The notes under the pieces are model-generated. The model had not been told where the DNA came from. It searched no databases and was given only the letters and a program-made list of their open reading frames with translations. Positions 62,101 to 64,000 of a DNA stretch of 64,000 bases are shown here, one piece after another. Origin of the DNA: Glycera tridactyla (lineage: Eukaryota); contig OZ286463.1 of NCBI GenBank assembly GCA_965644265.1, positions 115,878,001-115,942,000 of the forward strand. Direction: 5' to 3'. A program made the position numbers and the translations under genes. Numbering within the stretch: the first letter of the stretch is position 1; each line of letters starts with the position of its first letter.

Positions 62101-63214
62101 NNNNNNNNNNNNNNNNNNNNNNNNNNNNNNNNNNNNNNNNNNNNNNNNNNNNNNNNNNNNNNNNNNNNNNNNNNNNNNNNNNNNNNNNNNNNNNNNNNNN
62201 NNNNNNNNNNNNNNNNNNNNNNNNNNNNNNNNNNNNNNNNNNNNNNNNNNNNNNNNNNNNNNNNNNNNNNNNNNNNNNNNNNNNNNNNNNNNNNNNNNNN
62301 NNNNNNNNNNNNNNNNNNNNNNNNNNNNNNNNNNNNNNNNNNNNNNNNNNNNNNNNNNNNNNNNNNNNNNNNNNNNNNNNNNNNNNNNNNNNNNNNNNNN
62401 NNNNNNNNNNNNNNNNNNNNNNNNNNNNNNNNNNNNNNNNNNNNNNNNNTTCTTTAGAAATGACATTATGAGAGATGATGATTGACAGGCTGCTTGATTA
62501 ATTGGATGGTTAGATGGCCTATATCATAATCATAATGAGAGATGACGATTGACAGGCTGCTTGATTAATTGGATGGTTAGATGGCCGATATCATAATCAT
62601 TATGTGAGATGATGATTGACAGGCTGCTTGATTAATTGGATGGTTAGATGGCCTATATCATAATCATAATGAGAGATGATGATTGACAGGCTGCTTGATT
62701 AATTGGATGGTTAGATGGCCGATATCATAATCATAATGAGAGATGATGATTGACAGGCTGCTTGATTAATTGGATGGTTAGATGGCCTATATCATAATCA
62801 TAATGAGAGATGATGATTGACAGGCTGCTTGATTAATTGGATGGTTAGATGGCCTATATCATAATCATTATGAGAGATGATGATTGACAGGCTGCTTGAT
62901 TAATTGGATGGTTAGATGACCGATATCATAATCATTATGTGAGATGATGATTGACAGGCTGCTTGATTAATTGGATGGTTAGATGGCCTATATCATAATC
63001 ATAATGAGAGATGATGATTGACAGGCTGCTTGATTAATTGGATGGTTAGATGGCCGATATCATAATCATAATGGTGTCACATAATTCCAAAAATATCTAT
63101 GAATTATTCTTATGAAATTAATCTGGTCAATTTCACTGTTTCAGCCTGCTGTATCCATGACAAAGACATACGTGGCCATGTCCATGGAAAATTTAGACAA
63201 AATTGATGCAAACG
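923..63214 (+). CDS. SLC16A10: Monocarboxylate transporter 10/8-like (SLC16A10/SLC16A2 pro-orthologue), spliced CDS, 3' end incomplete
   Basis: Six exons join in frame (301+611+229+138+119+70 nt). The product has the SLC16 signature PPDGGWGWVV and MCT8/10-type motifs WCNG..FGI.N, YNPSLVILGHYFKK, GYFIPFVHL, CIGVTSGVSRLIFG, DGCFI..GPIAFDL.G, PMTAGPPLAG and YDIAFYAAGIPP. Confidence 0.93.
1499..1718. mobile_element. MITE, TIR CAGGGCTCTAC, 5-bp TSD (hAT5-like), copy 1
   Basis: cagggctctac...gtagagccctg, flanked by cctca/catca. Homologous to 42059-42463 and 57404-57625. Confidence 0.75.
2271..2558. mobile_element. pogo/Tigger-like MITE (TA TSD, TIR CAGT(G/A)AAACCTG), long copy
   Basis: ta|cagtgaaacc...ggttttactg|ta with internal gagaccacc/ggtggtctc repeats. 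Roughly 30 related copies or fragments occur in the window. Confidence 0.8.
3750..4112 (+). mobile_element. tRNA-derived SINE-like element ending in (TG)n
   Basis: B-box ggttcaaatcc at 3930-3940. The core catttcatggacctgttg is shared with copies at ~45940-46080 and ~59170-59500. (TG)n at 4044-4112. Confidence 0.55.
6554..7000 (+). mobile_element. tRNA-headed element with 151/152-bp terminal direct repeats and 11-bp TSD
   Basis: Repeats at 6554-6704 and 6849-7000 each contain tagctcag (A-box-like) and gttcaa(a/c)tcc (B-box). They are flanked by agtcttttgac at 6543-6553 and 7001-7011. Confidence 0.75.
7020..7194. mobile_element. pogo/Tigger-like MITE (CAGTCGAACCTG subfamily)
   Basis: ta|cagtcgaacctg...caggttcaactg|ta. 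Relatives at 11343-11502 and 49680-49781. Confidence 0.75.
9273..9496. mobile_element. MITE, TIR CAGGGTTGCATCCAG, 6-bp TSD (hAT6-like)
   Basis: Perfect 15-bp TIR. ttgaac lies on both sides (9267-9272 and 9497-9502). Confidence 0.8.
9718..9819. mobile_element. pogo/Tigger-like MITE, 102 bp
   Basis: ta|cagtgaaacctgcgacgagagacc...ggtctctcgtcgcaggtttcactg|ta. Confidence 0.85.
10072..10135. mobile_element. Minimal 64-bp pogo/Tigger-like MITE
   Basis: ta|cagtgaaacctgccacgagagacc...ggtctctcgttgcaggtttcactg|ta. Confidence 0.85.
10603..11120. repeat. 35-bp minisatellite, 15 copies, containing GGGAATTCCC
   Basis: Unit atttctcaatatagataatgggaattccccacaca, with period 35 read directly (10620, 10655, 10690...). 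Confidence 0.95.
12031..12320. mobile_element. Foldback element with 44-bp TIRs, containing a poly-C tract and a nested TA-MITE (12130-12251)
   Basis: aaacaaggactgacttc...cagacaggc (12031-12074) is the reverse complement of 12277-12320, with about 3 mismatches. Confidence 0.75.
14890..15221. repeat. Tandem repeat, 4 copies of ~68-92 bp
   Basis: Repeated cttacctggatatttgtagcctatatagtcatgacagtctctcaatgactgcaggcagttgcag. Confidence 0.85.
16116..16290. mobile_element. pogo/Tigger-like MITE, ~175 bp
   Basis: TA-flanked. It is an inverted near-copy of 38439-38615. Confidence 0.85.
16758..16948. repeat. 89-bp tandem duplication ending in (TTGA)n
   Basis: gagaattggttggtaattttggggg... starts at both 16758 and 16847. 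Confidence 0.85.
17130..17990. promoter_or_regulatory. Intronic CpG-rich bidirectional promoter-like island
   Basis: CRE TGACGTCA at 17525, octamer ATGCAAAT at 17543, everted CCAAT boxes at 17609 and 17643, tctcgtcgcgaga at ~17670. Consensus donor sites point outward on both strands (minus ~17485 and ~17143, plus ~17900). Confidence 0.55.
18006..18975. repeat. 210-bp CpG-rich tandem repeat, ~4.6 copies, with a CAAGATGGCG motif at each of the four unit junctions
   Basis: The tacgtt(t/a)atggcgaaatga anchor occurs at 18006, 18216, 18426, 18636 and 18846. Confidence 0.95.
20709..22324 (+). mobile_element. Helentron-associated non-autonomous element (HINE/DINE-1-like) with ~8 internal 145-bp repeats
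   Basis: 5' tttataccccgc hairpin (ataccccgcttt...aaagcggggtat), a (GTCC/GTAC)n microsatellite and a tandem array. The 3' end has the subterminal inverted repeat gcggggtata followed by a small stem-loop and ttgtt. Confidence 0.85.
24905..25271. repeat. 52-bp minisatellite, 7 copies
   Basis: gattcatctgct anchors at 24905, 24957, 25009, 25061, 25113, 25165 and 25217. Confidence 0.95.
28332..28465. repeat. 69-bp tandem duplication with (ATGC)n
   Basis: gtgatct(a/g)tgtgagcatgtgagcgcatgcatgc... starts at 28332 and 28401. Confidence 0.8.
28458..28697. mobile_element. hAT-type MITE (TAGTGCT termini), copy 1
   Basis: tagtgctgcgac...tctgagcact. Homologous along its length to 46300-46543. Confidence 0.7.
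31116..31582. mobile_element. MITE, TIR CAGTCTTC, 6-bp TSD gtctct, nested in a TA-MITE
   Basis: cagtcttcgaa...ttcgtgaagactg, with gtctct at 31110-31115 and 31583-31588 and subterminal gggagagtg repeats. Confidence 0.7.
31744..31903. mobile_element. pogo/Tigger-like MITE, 160 bp
   Basis: ta|cagtggaacctg...caggtttcactg|ta. Confidence 0.85.
33320..34350. repeat. 41-bp CpG-rich minisatellite, ~25 copies
   Basis: Unit actgttgacagtcggccgtgcagcactcggtccatgcctac. Confidence 0.95.
35318..35392. repeat. (CCA)n microsatellite
   Basis: Read directly. It resumes after the inserted element at 36011. Confidence 0.95.
35393..36010. mobile_element. 618-bp CpG-rich non-autonomous DNA transposon, TIR CAGAGCTGCATC, apparent 5-bp TSD cacct
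   Basis: cagagctgcatcta...tggatgcagctctg, with cacct at 35388-35392 and 36011-36015. Confidence 0.75.
36460..36725. repeat. Degenerate (GGAT)n and (GATT)n microsatellites
   Basis: Read directly. Confidence 0.85.
37727..38337 (+). CDS. SLC16A10: Coding exon 2 (SWIGALQISMTFFMSP...GYFIPFVHL), about TM2-TM7
   Basis: Acceptor tttcag ends at 37726. T+CA restores Ser in FKTSW. Donor gtgagt at 38338, phase 0. Confidence 0.95.
38439..38615. mobile_element. pogo/Tigger-like MITE 101 bp downstream of exon 2
   Basis: ta|cagtgaaacctgtcttgggagacc...caagacaggttttactg|ta. Confidence 0.85.
38755..40320. repeat. 32-bp minisatellite, ~49 copies
   Basis: Unit tcacatgtcttactctatcacatgtgcaaccc. Confidence 0.95.
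42059..42463. mobile_element. CAGGGCTCTAC MITE copy 2, with nested TA-MITE at 42215-42389
   Basis: cagggctctac...gtagagtcctg, flanked by tctgg/tctga. The nested element is ta|cagtgaaacctg...caggttttactg|ta. Confidence 0.75.
44195..45266. mobile_element. 1072-bp non-autonomous hAT element with perfect 8-bp TSD
   Basis: Termini tatggatgggac / gtcccagcccta (TAGGGCTGGGAC consensus). caccatac lies at 44187-44194 and 45267-45274. Internal gctaacgcgttagc palindromes. Confidence 0.85.
45940..46080 (+). mobile_element. SINE-like fragment (same family as 3750-4112)
   Basis: tatgaaacccaaaaattgggc...catttcatggacctgttg. Confidence 0.55.
46300..46543. mobile_element. hAT-type MITE (TAGTGCT termini), copy 2
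   Basis: tagtgctgcga...ccaagcacta, with a degenerate 8-bp flank gaaggcag/gtgggcag. Confidence 0.7.
48721..48763. repeat. 4 x GTCATGTGAC(A), 11-bp period
   Basis: Copies at 48721, 48732, 48743 and 48754. Confidence 0.9.
49442..49618. mobile_element. TA-MITE, second subfamily (cctgtcttaag / gtcacgggacc core)
   Basis: TA-flanked CAGT...ACTG termini. Relatives at 42215-42389, 50055-50368 and ~27856-28080. Confidence 0.7.
50921..51096. mobile_element. pogo/Tigger-like MITE, 176 bp
   Basis: ta|cagtgaaacctgcaatgagagacc...cgcaggtttcactg|ta. Confidence 0.85.
52578..53746 (+). mobile_element. Second HINE/DINE-1-like element with 147-bp internal repeats
   Basis: 5' ttttt-gtgccccgc hairpin (...gagcggggca) and a TG-rich microsatellite. 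Repeats at 52792, 52939, 53086, 53233 and 53380. The 3' end has subTIR gcggggcac, hairpin gcaatc-actg-attgc, then ctagtt. Confidence 0.85.
55560..55690 (-). repeat. Diverged inverted homologue of the internal part of the hAT element (~44985-45075)
   Basis: The reverse complement shares ccatcaat..atgatg(c/t)gagaatacat...g(g/c)gatttga(c/t)gaat. Confidence 0.55.
57404..57625. mobile_element. CAGGGCTCTAC MITE copy 3, perfect 5-bp TSD ccatc
   Basis: ccatc|cagggctctac...gtagagcgctg|ccatc. Confidence 0.8.
58436..58664 (+). CDS. SLC16A10: Coding exon 3 (VNHTRLKIP...SRLIFGKVAD...ITLVMG)
   Basis: Acceptor ttgcag ends at 58435, donor gtaggt at 58665, phase 1. Confidence 0.93.
59092..59500 (+). mobile_element. 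(TG)n plus tRNA-derived SINE-like element
   Basis: gaggttgtgggttcaaatcccg (tRNA variable loop/T-arm) at 59341-59362, with the shared core catttcatggacctgttg. Confidence 0.6.
59824..59961 (+). CDS. SLC16A10: Coding exon 4 (GISDGCFICLLGPIAFDLLG...PMTAGPPLA)
   Basis: Acceptor tttcag ends at 59823, donor gtgagt at 59962, phase 1. Confidence 0.93.
60590..60708 (+). CDS. SLC16A10: Coding exon 5 (GLAYDYMGTYDIAFYAAGIPPILSAILLFLIPAPKKNKAQ), TM12
   Basis: Acceptor ttttgcag ends at 60589, donor gtaggt at 60709, phase 0. This exon is absent from the ORF track and was found by reading. Confidence 0.92.
61501..61662. mobile_element. pogo/Tigger-like MITE, degenerate
   Basis: ta|cagtaaaatctgcgataagagacc...ggttccgctg|ta. 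Confidence 0.7.
62470..63072. repeat. 67-bp minisatellite, 9 copies, ending ~70 bp before exon 6
   Basis: Unit gagagatgatgattgacaggctgcttgattaattggatggttagatggcctatatcataatcataat. Confidence 0.95.
63145..63214 (+). CDS. SLC16A10: Coding exon 6, cytoplasmic tail (PAVSMTKTYVAMSMENLDKIDAN)
   Basis: Acceptor ctgtttcag ends at 63144, the frame is open in phase 0, and the donor is ACG|gtaagt at 63215. Confidence 0.7.
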
Positions 63215-63657
63215 GTAAGTGATATACATGTATTCATTTTATGTACATTGAAATGTAACAAGCATGCTGAATCAATTGTCTTTCCGGATGGGTTGTCTAA
63301 TGTATCCATTATGGTCATGTTGATATTACTGAGTGTGTTCCTGAAGAATACTTGTAGGCAGATGACTAGCTGGCCACAGTGAAATCTACAATTTTGAAAT
63401 TCACCACAATGTCAATTCTGGGCAGAAGTACTGTGCTAATCCTGTTGGTAATGGATCCCCATAAAAGCAAATATGCTTGCCTGATATGACACAAAAGGTT
63501 CAAATTGTATTGATGAATTTGATTATTTGACAGGACGTGATCAGTAGTATAATTAATATGTTGACCTTCACATGATGGCTTCGATGAGAACCATTGATAT
63601 GTATGAAATGTACAGTCCAACTGTCCAAATATGTGCACTGAGGTATGTACTGGATGC

Positions 63658-63692
<35 letters not shown>

Positions 63693-63894
63693 TCATAGTT
63701 TAGAACCCTGAACGCACAATGATAGGGAACCAGAACGGTTGTCAAGAGGAAGTAGCTGACACAGGGCTTTATGTTGGCCAAAATATTTAGGAGGCGGCTA
63801 GCCCTTAAGTTTATATTTTTGGAAGCCATTGCCAAATATTGGTTGCTGATCAATACATTGTAAATTACAACCTCTCAAAATTTCAGTTTTGTAG

Positions 63895-63926
63895 TTGAAA
63901 CTGTTCCGGCTTCAGATGGCTTGTAA
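63895..63926 (+). CDS. Possible terminal coding exon (VETVPASDGL*)
   Basis: Acceptor ttttgtag ends at 63894 and gives a phase-1 compatible frame ending in TAA at 63924-63926. Alternative AGs at 63886 and 63915 are also compatible, and the true last exon may lie outside the window. Confidence 0.25.
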
Positions 63927-64000
63927 TGGGTGCATGCTTTTACCCATTCTACATGAGCGATAATGAATAGTCAAGATGGCCTCCACATGTTTGTTGAATC

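Larger units (their letters stand above)
14606..62450. other. Eight assembly gaps
   Basis: N runs at about 14606-14738, 28857-29044, 34737-34944, 42870-43064, 43139-43504, 48052-48342, 54337-54975 and 61888-62450. Confidence 0.98.

Noticed and set aside
42852-62471. Long ORFs composed mostly of X
   Set aside because: They span assembly gaps.
10603-63072. Regular repeat arrays as possible CRISPR arrays
   Set aside because: They are head-to-tail tandem repeats without unique spacers, there are no cas genes, and the context is a eukaryotic intron.

Overview
Eukaryotic genomic DNA from an invertebrate animal (species not determinable), with 8 assembly gaps. Nearly the whole window is one plus-strand gene, an SLC16A10/SLC16A2 (MCT10/MCT8)-type aromatic amino acid/thyroid hormone transporter. 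Six coding exons with canonical, phase-compatible splice sites were reconstructed: 923-1223, 37727-38337, 58436-58664, 59824-59961, 60590-60708 and 63145-63214. They give 489 codons, and the terminal exon is uncertain. The large introns (36.5 kb and 20.1 kb) are filled with non-autonomous DNA transposons: roughly 30 TA-flanked pogo/Tigger-like MITEs or fragments, hAT-like elements with 8-, 6- and 5-bp target duplications, and two Helentron-type HINEs carrying ~145-147-bp satellite arrays. tRNA-headed SINE-like elements and many minisatellites are also present. The most intriguing non-coding signals are an orphan CpG-rich bidirectional promoter-like island followed by a 210-bp YY1-motif array (17.1-19.0 kb), a double-CCAAT module repeated with identical spacing inside a transposon, a 35-bp array of perfect NF-kB sites, and a nuclear-receptor half-site array. 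Also notable are a tRNA-headed element with terminal direct repeats and two diverged copies of an unidentified coding fragment. No prokaryotic-type system or CRISPR array is present. All coordinates were read by eye.
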